Part shown: piece by piece, positions 52,485 through 64,000 of the stretch
Layout: each line of letters opens with the position of its first letter
Position numbering within the stretch: the stretch's first letter is position 1
Assembly (NCBI GenBank): GCA_050575255.1
Contig: JBNZDD010013732.1
Coordinates: forward strand, 21,629,279 to 21,693,278
Direction of reading: 5' to 3'
Length of the DNA: 64,000 bases
Source: Harriotta raleighana
Lineage: Eukaryota
The notes under the pieces: generated by a model
What the model was told of the DNA's origin: nothing
Seen by the model: only the letters and a program-made list of their open reading frames with translations
Database searches by the model: none
Program-made: the position numbers and the translations under genes

Positions 52485-53957
52485 CTTGATGCGAAGAAAA
52501 GCCCTTTGGCACTTTTGGCGCAAACGTGTTCTCAGATTGGCAAACCGGACCCCCCTCCCTCCTCCAAGCTGTCCAGCGTCACCTCAAACTCTACCAGCGA
52601 CAAGGACTCCGGGAAGTCGGCCCCGCTCAAACTGAGCGACATCGGCGGGGAAGACAAGTCGAGTTTTAAACCCTACTCGAAACCCGAGAAGAAGGAATCC
52701 GGCGGCTCGGGATCTGCCAACGCTTCTGGGGAAAAGTCTGGTTTCCGTGTGCCGAGCGCCACCTGCCAACCGTTCACACCCAGGACAGGCAGCCCCAACT
52801 CCAGCACATCCTCCCCCATGCCATCCGAGGGCAAGGGGGCCGACAGCCAGGACAAGAAAGACCTTGACGGTGTCAAAAACAGTTCGTCTGACAGTTCGAT
52901 CCTCAGCAGCGGCGGAGGCGGAGGAGGAGGAGGAATCGGCCACAGCCGGATTAGCGTTAGCTGTGCTGGGATACACGTGGAAGTCAACCCACAGGACACC
53001 ATTTCAGTGTCCAAACCGATCACCTCGGAGACATCAGTGATGGGCTCTGGACTTGTGGCCCCCGTTTCCCCTTACAAACAGACCGTCTTCCCTTTGCCTC
53101 CCGCCAGCATGGCCTACCCGGGGGCTCTGGGGGGCTACCCGGGCTACCCGCACCAGTTTGTGCCGCACGGCGTTGCCCTGGATCACGCCAAGTCCAGCCT
53201 GGTGGGAGCGGCTCAGCTGGCCAGCTCTTTGGGCTGCAGCCTCTCCGGCAAACCCAATGGCTCCAGCCCCCTGGCCGGAGCCTCTCCGCCTTCCATGGTG
53301 ACGGCCAGCCTTTGCAGAGACCCCTACTGCCTCAGTTATCACTGCGCCGCACACCTCGCCAGCACGGCCAGTAACTCTTGCACCCACGACCCCACTTTGA
53401 AGTCTGGATACCCGCTGGTTTACCCCTCGCACCCTCTACACGCCGTCCACGCCTCCATGTCCAACAACGGCACCGCGTCCCTGGCTGGACACCCTTTGTA
53501 CCCTTATGGCTTCATGCTGCCTAACGACCCCCAGCCTCACATCTGCAATTGGGTCTCGGCCAACGGACCGTGCGACAAGCGCTTTTCCTGCTCGGAGGAC
53601 CTGCTCAACCACTTGCGGACGCACACAGCTTTCTCCGGGACTGAGAAGCTCATGGCCGGTTACCCCAGCTCCTCCCTGGGCAGCGCGGCGGCAGCGGCAG
53701 CAGCAGCAGCCGTGGCCTGTCACATGCACCTTCCGCCGACAGGGGGGCCAGGGAGCCCAGGCGGACTGACACTCAGGAGCCCCCACGCTTTAGGACTGAG
53801 CAGCAGGTACCACCCGTACGCCAAGAGCCCTCTGCCGCCCCACGGAGCTCCAGGGCCGGTCACTACTCTACCAGTCCCCGCTACAGGGCATTATTATTCC
53901 CCATACGCACTGTACGGCCAGAGGTTAACCACAGCTTCTGCACTGGGCTACCAATAA
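52485..53957 (+). CDS. ZNF503: ZNF503 coding exon 2 (Sp motif, FKPY motif, Btd box, single C2H2 finger, C-terminal YL region)
   Basis: Acceptor tttgcctatag|CTT GAT GCG AAG AAA AGC CCT TTG gives LDAKKSPLALLAQTCSQIGKP. Contains SSFKPY, CRDPYCLSYHC and CNWVSANGPCDKRFSCSEDLLNHLRTH. C-terminus YYSPYALYGQRLTTASALGYQ* is typical of ZNF503. The track ORF 52506..53957 is this exon minus its first 7 codons. Includes poly-Gly and poly-Ala tracts. Confidence 0.97.
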   Translation, partial: LDAKKSPLALLAQTCSQIGKPDPPPSSKLSSVTSNSTSDKDSGKSAPLKLSDIGGEDKSSFKPYSKPEKKESGGSGSANASGEKSGFRVPSATCQPFTPRTGSPNSSTSSPMPSEGKGADSQDKKDLDGVKNSSSDSSILSSGGGGGGGGIGHSRISVSCAGIHVEVNPQDTISVSKPITSETSVMGSGLVAPVSPYKQTVFPLPPASMAYPGALGGYPGYPHQFVPHGVALDHAKSSLVGAAQLASSLGCSLSGKPNGSSPLAGASPPSMVTASLCRDPYCLSYHCAAHLASTASNSCTHDPTLKSGYPLVYPSHPLHAVHASMSNNGTASLAGHPLYPYGFMLPNDPQPHICNWVSANGPCDKRFSCSEDLLNHLRTHTAFSGTEKLMAGYPSSSLGSAAAAAAAAAVACHMHLPPTGGPGSPGGLTLRSPHALGLSSRYHPYAKSPLPPHGAPGPVTTLPVPATGHYYSPYALYGQRLTTASALGYQ

Positions 53958-54716
53958 ACAAGACATTCAGAAAGCTGCACTGTGCATTGCCGATGGAAGC
54001 TTATGTCGTCGATGCAGTTTCAAAACTGTCAGGGGACAAAAAAAAATCAAGTGTTGGCAAACCCAATTTCCCCTTTTTTGTAAAAAAAAAGCGCCCCAGA
54101 AAAAAAAAACAAGTCTACTTTTTGTTTTTTGCAAATATGGTTTTCAAAAAAAAGAAATCCTCAAGGTGAAAATACACATAACTCACCCAGCACCACCCCC
54201 GTTGAATTGCTTTGGTAATGCAGCTCTGTAAATAGAGTTTTTTTTTGTGTGAAAGTTTTGAGGTGCAATCCAGGTACTCCGCACACAAAGCAAGATTGCA
54301 TCTTAAAAATGAATTTATCTGGTGTTCACCAAAGGACTGGCTCCGTGAACGCTGTATTTATTTATGTTAGCTTCAAGCGGGGGAAACATAACAAAGTGCA
54401 TTACTTAAAACAAAAAAAATCCTGATAGGTAAACGTGGAACACAGTGTAGAAAAAAAATAGTTTTTTTTTCTCCGAAGTTTCTTTTAAATTGCTATGATT
54501 GTATTGTACGTTTTATTTAATGTCTCTTGGGGGAGGGGGGAGGGAGGAGAAGAATTTACATGCATGTTTGTTACTAAATTTCAACTTGTCATTATAATTT
54601 CAAATTGCAATTATTTTTAAGGTGTATTACCATGGAAAGAGAATTGGTATTTTTTGTATGTATTCTGGAAATAAGAAGCAGTGCTATTCAAAAAAAAATG
54701 ATCGTCTTATTTTGTT

Positions 54717-54722
54717 ATTAAA
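54717..54722 (+). terminator. Candidate ZNF503 polyadenylation signal (ATTAAA)
   Basis: ATTAAA about 760 nt after the stop, at the end of an AT-rich 3'UTR-like region and followed by T/GT-rich sequence. Confidence 0.4.
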
Positions 54723-57700
54723 TGAATACTTGATTACAATTTGTAATTTTGGTTCGCATTATATCGGTTTACTATTGTGCAAGGGTTTTTATTTATTTCC
54801 TTTCTGCGAATCGTCGGATTTTACTAGTAAGTCGTTTCATTTCCAGCGGTGTTTGGCTTGAAACATAAATCTTAAGAAGTTTTCTGGACACATTTAAAAC
54901 AATATTTTACAACTTCTCTCGCTTTGTTTTCGCGAAAAAAAATCAGGCCACAGAAGACTTTTTTAAAGGATTTAAAAAAAAATGAATTCTCATTCATTTG
55001 AAAAGAAAGGGGTGTGAATTCAGGGAAACAGCTGAAACACGAAGAGCGGTTCGACAGAGAGGAAAAACTGGAGATATGACTGGCTTTTCTGAATGCCACA
55101 CCGATTACGGTTTAAAACGCTGAAATAAAAAGAATCGATATTTTCCTATTTAATACAAGTCCATGCGCAATATTCTATGTTTTTCGCTTAACAATTGTCA
55201 CGTTTTAAATGGAAAATACACCAGTTCACTCATAACATTGCCTCGAAGTGATCAAACGGATCTGAAAACTACCTTTTTAACCCAAATATGAAACCTATTT
55301 TATTCGCTCTCGCTATTGAGAACCTCTGCAGTCGTTTCCCCTTTTTTTTAACAGCAGCGGGAAGAATGTGTAAAACAGAGCCCCGTTGAAGATAAATGAA
55401 TGTTTGCAAACTTCAGGAGGGTTTGGCCCCGGTTAATGGTAAACTCGCCAACTGCCTGGTATGTTCCTGTTGGACGTTAATCGATTCTAAACGGGTATCT
55501 AACAGACATTTAACAGATCTCGGTGCATCGTATTGGAATTTGGTTAGGTTGACCGTGGGAAGATTCGAGGGAGAACAACTCAAAACTGCTCGCCAACGAT
55601 ATTCAGTTAAGTCACAAGGTTTGTGGTTCACCACTGCTTCGCGTTAAACAAACACATTTCTTACAATTTTAGGATAAATCTGTGTCGATCTAAAAAGGTA
55701 AACGCCGGGCAATTAGAAGCATTGTGCTTTTCACACAACAGCCGGTAGAGTACGCATATAAAAGTAGTTAATTCCACCTAAAACATTCTTAAATCCAAGG
55801 GACATGAACATTAATTTAATGGGTGTAAATTTCACGAGCACTCTATGGCGCCTAAGAAATTTCACCTTGTTACCGGATTAATAGGGAGAATCCAACTCGC
55901 TGTGATGATAAATACTCTCAGTGATCCATTTTAACACTGTGCTCACGGTGTGTGTGTGTGTGTGTGTATTCTTGCTTTTACAGAGAGATGTTACGGGCAG
56001 TTTATTAGACGTTCAAAGGAGTTACGTTAACTGGTGTATTGGGAATGTGTCCAAATCACCTTTTGGGAAGTGAATCAGATGGACAGTGTGATGGGTGTGT
56101 AGTACACAGCTTTTAAACGAAACGAAACTTCCCTTTTGGTAACTTTTGACAAATCATTCAAGTGACAGGATGTTCCTTCCTATGGTGAAGACAGCAGGTG
56201 ATGGGGTTGATGTGCCGCTCTATCACTTTAATCTGCTGGTGTTTGCAATTTTACTGATGAATCTTTACATCTCGCATACTTATTCGCTAACTCACCCACA
56301 ATGTGGTACCTTCCTGATTTTGTTTCCAAATCAAATAAATACTCCCCCCCCCCACCCCCCCTCCATCACCAACACTCCCCTGTGATAAATGAGCTGGTTA
56401 GTATAATTACTGCTCAAACTTGCTTTCCTGTGGCCTAAACATGTGAATTGCAACGGATCCTGTTTCTTTCCAATCCCATTGAATCGCAGAAACTATTCCC
56501 AGAAATTGTTTCTGCGTTTCAAATCGGTGTATTTAAATTTACTCTTTTTCGAAAAAAAATAAAAACATAATTCGGAACCCTTGAAAAACTAAGGTTATTC
56601 TCTAACAACCTTTTATTAATTTGTCTTTCTTAATATTTTTTATGTTCCAAACATTCCCAGACTATTTAAAAAAGGTGATCGCTTCATCAGTGCCAGGTTC
56701 AGAAAATTGCCACAACCGATATTGATCAGTTACAATCGTTCATCATCTGAGAATCTTCTGAGAACATTTTAAATTAAAAAATGCTGCTAAATATTCCCCC
56801 CCCCCCACTCCACCCCCCAAACGTACTATTTAGTCGCGGAATAATTTAGCAAGCAACTTAATTTCGATCCGAGTACCTGCAATTAATCATCTATTGTATG
56901 TGTGTGTGTATGTGAGAGAGAGGAAGAGAGAGAGGGAAAGATTTTTTTGAAGGTTATTGGGCATTCAGTGTGTGCTTTTTGTTCAGTTACTTTGGGGGTC
57001 GATAGTTGCAAAATACAATCGTGGAGAGGGAAAAAGAGAAAGAGTGTGTGAGTGTATGTGTGTGAAATGTATAGGCAGTGAGTGCGCCTGTTTTTTCCCC
57101 GAGTTTCTTATGCTATGATATACTAGCGTCAGTCTCGCTGCTCTCTCTCTCCCTAAAGCTGACAGCAGCCGCTGGTTGGCGTCACCCGCACGGAGCCGAT
57201 CAGAGACCAGATCTGTTCCAGAGAGACAACCAGCAGAAGGAAAGGCAGATCACATCAACAGCCAGCATCGCACATTCATATCGACTTAAGCCCTCCACCC
57301 CCAACCCCACCCCAAAAAAGAAAAAGATTTAAATCGGCGTTTCCGAAATATTCGCTTCGAACACATCAGTCCACCGCAAATCACAACACAAGACNGGAAT
57401 AATTCAGCCAGCACATTCATATCGACTTAAGCCCTCCACCCCCAACCCCACCCCAAAAAAGAAAAAGATTTAAATCGGCGTTTCCGAAATATTCGCTTCG
57501 AACACATCAGTCCACCGCAAATCACAACACAAGACTATAAAACACCACATCCGACTGACTGACTGACTGGACGCAGATTGATCTGTCAATGCATAAATAA
57601 ATCTTAATGCCATTTTTTTAATGCGAGTCGGGAGAATCGATAAAGCGCACAAGGAAAGCTTCCTCAATTTTTAAATCCATTGTTACCAGGTCTTTCAATC

Positions 57701-60149
57701 GTTTCCCCCTCCCAACCCCCTCCCCAAATGGCTGTATGTCCTTCCTTCATCAATCATACACAGGCTAAAGGACTGGACCAACTATACAGACGGAATTACA
57801 ACATTTAGAAATTCCTCTCAAATTTAGTCTGAAAATATTACATGGTTTTTATTTAAAGCAAAACAAAAGTTAGCTAATGTTCTGGAAGATTGTGTGGTAC
57901 GAGAAACAACGACATTTTTGAAAATTGAATTTGCAAATTATCTACAAACCTTCCTATTACGTTCCATAAATTAAATATCTAGTTCACGTTTTTTTGTCGG
58001 GGGGGTGGGGGAGGTGTGGGGTAAGTTTAAGTCTAAAACAATTTACACATTAGCATTAACATTGCCAATTCCTTTTCTCTGCTGGGCCAGGAATCGGTAA
58101 ACTAGTTCAAGACATGAATGCAATGCGGTTGGGTTTGATGTGTTTGGTAACATCATTTGACACCCTGCTATATGGGTCAACAAGCGAATAAGACAGGAAA
58201 GTGTTTCACAGGACCCAAGCCTGCTTGTTTGGATTAATTTACATATGTTATGTTACAATTCAAACATTTCACAGGTAGTGCATGCTATGCTACATCTGTT
58301 TTGACAACGTGTTAATGAATTTAAAAGGCAGTTCTTTCATCAAAACTTATAGGTTGGCTTTCAGCACCTTTTCCAACGTTCGCCAGATGATTTCACAAGG
58401 CGTGTCCCCCTCCCCACCCTTCAATTATAAATTTGTTCTATTAGAAACTACGATTTTAAACGTTTAATTTTAAAAGTTAATCGTTGGAAGTGAAATCAAC
58501 GGCTTTAAAAGGGATAGACTTCCATCCATCGTTACTAATAACCTCGAAACCAAGAGTGTGGCAATTACAGCGATGAACAGAGCGAAGGCGGAAATCTGAA
58601 GAATACATTGCATAACATTCTGACAAGGCAAGGCAGCTAAATCCCAAATCAGTATTATTATAGACATTCGGTAATTGATTTCAAAATCCTCTTAAATATC
58701 ACCGATACAGTATTTCGGATTGATTTGCTGATTTACCGACAACAGCAAACGAAAGCAACAGTCGAATACTGATACGAGAATTGCAATGAATGCATAATTG
58801 GGTTCAGTCAATTTAAAGTTTTTCGAAACAAAAATAATGTAATTAAAACGATAGGACCAAGCGTAAAATTCGCCGGAAAAAAACAAGACCCTCTCCCCAG
58901 GAGCTGAAATGCTTCAGAAAAGAAACTCGTCTGGTAGTAAAGCGCAAACCAGCTGGTTTTGCATCCCCCTCAATCATGAATTTTAAAACTCTGTATGCAT
59001 TAAGATAAAGAACCTATGTGCATCAGACGAATATTTTCTTTCTGCTAATGGAACAGTGCCAAGCAGGGAGAGAACAAAAATCCAGACCTACCTAAAACAT
59101 TAATTACACATTTATATCGGATGGAGCAACGTTATTTCCTCGTGACAATATTTCTCTGTGAGAGACCTGAAACTATTAACCATTCGGTTTCAAAACATTA
59201 ATCCCACTGCACATCCGAAATGTGCACTGTGCAAAATACATCTTCCTCGCCCATGGATTGACATTTTTATATTGAATAGTTTGAAAAGGATGTACGTTTT
59301 TGCGTGTGCGCTTTGAGTCCCGAAAGTTTTACACGACTCCTTTATACTGTATATATACATAGCTCTTGCCTGCATTACACCAGTTACTCAATTATTCTAT
59401 AGATGTCGCTGCTGAGTCACAAATACAGAGATCACCTACTCTTTTAGGCCTGGGTCTTCTTCATGTTCCCAAAGGCTGCGTCCTCTGCAAATGAAGAACA
59501 AAGGATTTGTTTTTACTTATTTAAAAAAACATTTGTTGTGTGTTTGGGTTTACACAAGAAATGTCTCCAAGCACCAATTTATCACAATCCAACAAAGCAT
59601 TCACAATTTACTTGCATGTTCTGGTCAAAATGGGTTATGGTAAAAGTCCACCTAGATTATTCAGCAATAGTTGACTACTTGCTTACACATTTGTATTTGA
59701 TATGGTTCCTTTCTATTCTTCGTTTTTTTTGAAGGATATGCAGACAATATTGAGCAACTACACCCCCACCCCAACCACCACCACACACACCCCACCATAT
59801 CCACAAGGAAGGATAAACAGTTTTCATGCAGTGCAGTCTTAAAAAGTCAAACCTAAGACAACAAAAGAAAAACAAATTGACTGACACAGAACAGTTGTCT
59901 ACATAAATTGCCAACATATTATGCCTGTTTCTACAGAAAGTATAGAATGTGCAAGTGGTTATCCGGATATGATATCTCTAGTTTCTTTCCTCCAGAGGCT
60001 GGAGGAAAGAAACTAGACTCATGCCACAGTCATTGGTTAGCACGTGGTCTTTGTGAATAATAAATAAAAGCATACAATAGGTAGGTAGTGGATACAATTT
60101 ATTTAGAGTGATAAGAAGCATGCCAAATATTGTTATCTAGAAAGTTATG

Positions 60150-60400
60150 AATTCAAACCCCACACCAAGACTTCAAATTGCCATGGTGTAAACTGACACA
60201 CTCTAATGCAATGCTGGGTTTGGGGAACAGAAGAGGTTGCAGGGAATGTTGTATAGTTGGGAGAGGCCATCCTTCAGATGAGACCTCAAACCGAGGTCCT
60301 GTCTGCCTGTTCAGGTGGATGTTAATGATTCCATGCATGGCAGTATTTGAAAAGAGTAGGGAGTTTTGCCTGGTGTCCTTACCGACAAATCCCCCAAATA
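60150..60400 (+). mobile_element. Older DeuSINE-type element (central Deu domain)
   Basis: CCTTCAGATGAGACCTCAAACCGAGGTCCTGTCTGCCTGTTCAGGTGGATGTTAA resembles the Deu core of AmnSINE1/SacSINE1 as I recall it; not database-checked. Confidence 0.7.
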
Positions 60401-60489
60401 AAATTGGTGTTCAAATTGACTTCCGCATTTGCTCACAAGATAGTCAATCCACTTTAGGGTCAACACCCGAAATATAGACTCACTTTTTG

Positions 60490-60585
60490 TTTCTCCATAG
60501 ATGCTGCCTGACCTGATGAGTGTTCCCAGCAATTTCTGTTTTTATTTTGGATTTCCAGCATCTGCAGTATTGTGTGTTTTTGTTC
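60490..60585 (+). repeat. Fragment of a common shark-type interspersed repeat (possibly a Penelope-like end); a weaker copy at about 33690-33860
   Basis: GATGCTGCCTGACCTGATGAG...TTTCTGTTTTTATTTTGGATTTCCAGCATCTGCAGTA; family assignment from memory only. Confidence 0.45.
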
Positions 60586-60646
60586 TCTTTACAGTATATC
60601 CTTTGAAGCACTTTGGGATATCTGGACAACATGATAAGGTGCTATA

Positions 60647-61065
60647 ATAATAATAAACCTTGCATTTGATAGAGCATCTTATCACATCTTCAAGATGTCT
60701 CAAAGTGATTCACAGAATAATAATAATCCTTGCATTTGATACAGCGCTTTTCATGACTTTTAGATGTCTCAAAGCGCTTCACAGAGTATACTGTAAAGTG
60801 AATTGCCTCTATATGTTGTGAGCCAATTGCACACATCAGTGACACACAAACAATTGTAGATTGAGTGACTTATCTATTTATTTGGAAGGAATGATTACCC
60901 CAAAAAAGGATCTGCCGATTGACTAACTGGCTTCCTACTTATTGCGTGGTAAACAAAGGCATATGGAGAAAGGAAACTTGTCCAATGTTTCATGCTGCCT
61001 GAAATCAAACCCACACCTCTCGCATGTGAGATGAGTAACCTAAACACTGAGCTCCAAGACTTCAT
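60647..61065 (-). mobile_element. tRNA-derived SINE with a duplicated 3' tail, inserted in an older + strand SINE tail
   Basis: Two consecutive AATAATAAT..CCTTGCATTTGATA tails (about 60647 and 60717), then body and head. GTGCTATA flanks it at 60639-60646 and 61066-61073. Confidence 0.8.
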
Positions 61066-64000
61066 GTGCTATATCCAAAGCATATTGGCGCATTATTTAT
61101 TTATTTTTATTATTTATTGGCGCATAATCCAGCTCTTTGTGGTAAACAGGGCAGATTATTAGTAAACTTCACCTGGTGATAACTATATGTAGGTAGTTAT
61201 TTGCTCATACTTGGTACCACAAAAAATGGACAATCAATGGTTTCTTGTAGCTATAAATGATCAACATGGTTTAATAAAATGCAATGAGCAGTTATTTGAA
61301 CTTTGTACCTACCCTTGTTGTGAAATAACTGGTTATGAGTTATCCCCTACATAATTAGTGTTTGAAAAGGGAATTATGAGATTTACAGGCTCTGCATAAA
61401 GCATGCATTTGGTGTTCACACATAGTGCATATGTTACATGTTGAAAAGCATGTAATGGGCAGTTATTAACATAAGTCAGTGGGGAATACTCTAGTCAGTG
61501 AGGAATACACCCATTAAGTAGTTGTTAGCATTTGATGCATGGTCCATCCCAGAACATGAATATAATATGCCAATCAGTAACACAGTGTGTACCCACACAG
61601 AAGTACTGTATTATAGATTTATTACAGAACAAGTACTCACCAAATGGAAGAAAAGTAACTGCCTGGGATTCACAACACTTGTTATGTAGCATTAATTGAA
61701 TAATGAAAAGCATCATTAATATCTTGATGCAAAACTATTTGGAAAATATAATTTTTTCCACACAATGTAGTTGCATTATAGAAATGGACTCCTACCAATT
61801 CAAGTTCCCAATCCTGGCTTTATTGAAGATAACCAATGAAGGATAAGTGCACTTTATTTTAACTTCAACCACCATCAGCAAAAATGAACAGGTAGATAAG
61901 AATACTTGACTTTCAAATGACAAAACTGTTTTAGTTTTATTTAGAATTAAAATTTTATTTATATAATTATGTATTTATAATGTAATGATTTAAAAATTAA
62001 TAAATCAATTCTAAGTAGCTACTTGGCCCAAGGCGTATTCTGGATGTTGGGTATTTCAAGATTTAAAATGTTCCACATCACTTTTACTCAGTGTATTGTA
62101 TATATACACACATATATAAACAATGGGCATGTCTACTTTCAAGAATGTTTGTACATCAGTTAAAGCTACCAATACTTGAGGGAACTATTGATTGCTTAAA
62201 CAGAGCTAAATCTGATATGCACTGCATTTCATTTGCCAAATAAATCCAGGCTGGATAAATTGGAATGCACTCAACATGCATTGGTTCACAGCACAATTGT
62301 TGTGATTTATTCCTGGTTTTATTCCTCAAACATCCATTGAAGAAACAAGTAAGAGACTATGCATTTTCTTTCTGTCTGCTGCTTATCATCATCATCATCA
62401 TCTACCATTGCAAAATAAAAACATTTTCACCTATCCACTTCCTTGGCCAGAAAATAGTGGTTAGCATGACAAGACAAGTGGAAAGTAGATTTTTATATAT
62501 GCATGGTGGGGCAGGGTTGAGGGCATAACAATATAAAGAATATGATATGTCTTTGCTTGTGAAGGCGTCCCTAAAACAAATGAATGTGTTGGTACTCTAG
62601 AATGACTAGCCCCATCACTGGAGTGATTGAGACATTGCTGCAGAACCACAAATTCAGTGAGGCCCTGATAAATTCCATACACGGCAATGTTTGATCCAGG
62701 TCATACATGCGGGTACAGAGTACCTCACAGACTGATTGAGTGTTCTTGAAAACGGTCAGGTGTGTTACCTGCACAATTCTTTCAAAACCAAAATGTTATG
62801 ATTAAATTTAGTATGTATGACAAATTAAGTGCATGCGAAACTAAGGTAGATATTCAGCCATCATACTGATGTTGTTACATTAATTTTATAACAAATTATG
62901 TTACTGACCCAATATATTTGTGATTCTCTATATATGCCTAGGAGCCATATGTCATTATAACTAAGAGTTCTGGCTTACATGTCACCCTCACCTTGCCCTA
63001 CTTTTCATGCACCACTACTCATTGCAACATTAATTGTGTTATGAAAGACCTTTCTTGGCATATAAAAACACTTAGTGTATTTCTGCTGTAGAAAAGAAAT
63101 GTTTTACTTCAATTTGAAATTACTGCTTATAATAAGCATCTTCCTTGCATTTGATATAGGTCCTTATCACTTCTTTGATATGTCTCAAAGCGCTTCACAG
63201 AATATAAAGCGTAATGTGAATTGACAGTATATTTTGTGGGTGAAAGGTGTACAGTTACACAAATCTTAAAAGTTGGATCACATTTTTAAAAATGTACTTC
63301 TCATGATTTCATAGTCACATGGTGTGTGAACATTGAATGAGACTTCGGCTGACGAGTGATAGTCACAAAAAGTTTAGCTAAAGTCATTAGCTTCTTCTTT
63401 TACAGAAGACAGTTTGGGAACAGAGAGACCTACATTTTGTAGTACTGCAGTCATTATGTCAGAATTCAGTTGCTTTAGATTTGGGAATGCAATTTCATTC
63501 AGCACATTAACTCTTTGAGATGCAGGAGGGAGGAAGGTAATATGCTTGTCTCACAGCCTCATCATTTTTCCCATTACAACAATGGCTCGAAGTGCAGCAA
63601 TGAAAAATAATGAACTAAAGATTGGTGGCAACAGAAGGTGATCTCGGCGAGCCAGAGCTGTACAGCCTAAATTGCTGTATATCAGTGATGATAGCTGGTG
63701 AACCAGGATAAGCAAACAAATGAGAGCAATGAAGAGAGGTGCAAGACCACCTAGTCATAATTTCAGAATAGTTTCAGTTTAGCAGCAAGTTTCAAAAACG
63801 TCATTACCTTCTAATAAATTTAAAAGCATTTAACAGTTGAGTACTGTATAAAATAATAATCTTTACATTTGATACATTGAGTTATGAAATTGAGCTGTCT
63901 CAAAGCATTTCATTGATATTCTGTAAGTGTACCATTTTTGAGTGAATGCAGCAGTCCCACAGACAGCCATGAAGTGAATGATCTTTTGGGGCGCCACCCA

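Noticed and set aside
52584-53786. Several 80-132 aa antisense/alternate-frame ORFs over ZNF503 exon 2
   Set aside because: Expected shadow ORFs of a GC-rich coding exon; no independent signals.
48294-54351. Identical 13-mer GGCTCCGTGAACG at 48294-48306 and 54339-54351
   Set aside because: Several chance 13-mer matches are expected in 64 kb, and there is no flanking similarity.
57259-57534. About 130-bp tandem duplication downstream of ZNF503 (and 54-bp one at 50049-50157)
   Set aside because: Both straddle single-N gaps; most likely assembly artefacts.

Overview
AT-rich vertebrate genomic DNA, probably a cartilaginous fish (inferred from the repeat types, not proven). It holds the ZNF503 (Nolz1/Nlz2) locus: a complete two-exon ZNF503 gene on + (CDS 51721-51966 and 52485-53957, 572 aa). 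The first two coding exons of the divergent LRMDA (C10orf11) gene lie on - (43779-43820, 33409-33509), so positions 1-33408 are most likely LRMDA intron 2. The flanks carry many tRNA-derived SINEs, older DeuSINE-type copies, L2/CR1 LINE fragments and one TIR DNA-transposon derivative, often nested. About 43.3-60 kb looks CpG-enriched and has no interspersed repeat I could recognise. Three single-N gaps with duplicated flanks look like assembly artefacts. I found no convincing new gene system. The best leads are regulatory: a 49-codon uORF in frame with ZNF503 that stops 3 nt before its ATG, a tandemly duplicated 'poison' splice donor after LRMDA exon 2, PBX-HOX/MEIS motif clusters, a perfect 19-bp hairpin and an old 500-bp-offset duplication. 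All coordinates were counted by hand; repeat boundaries are approximate.
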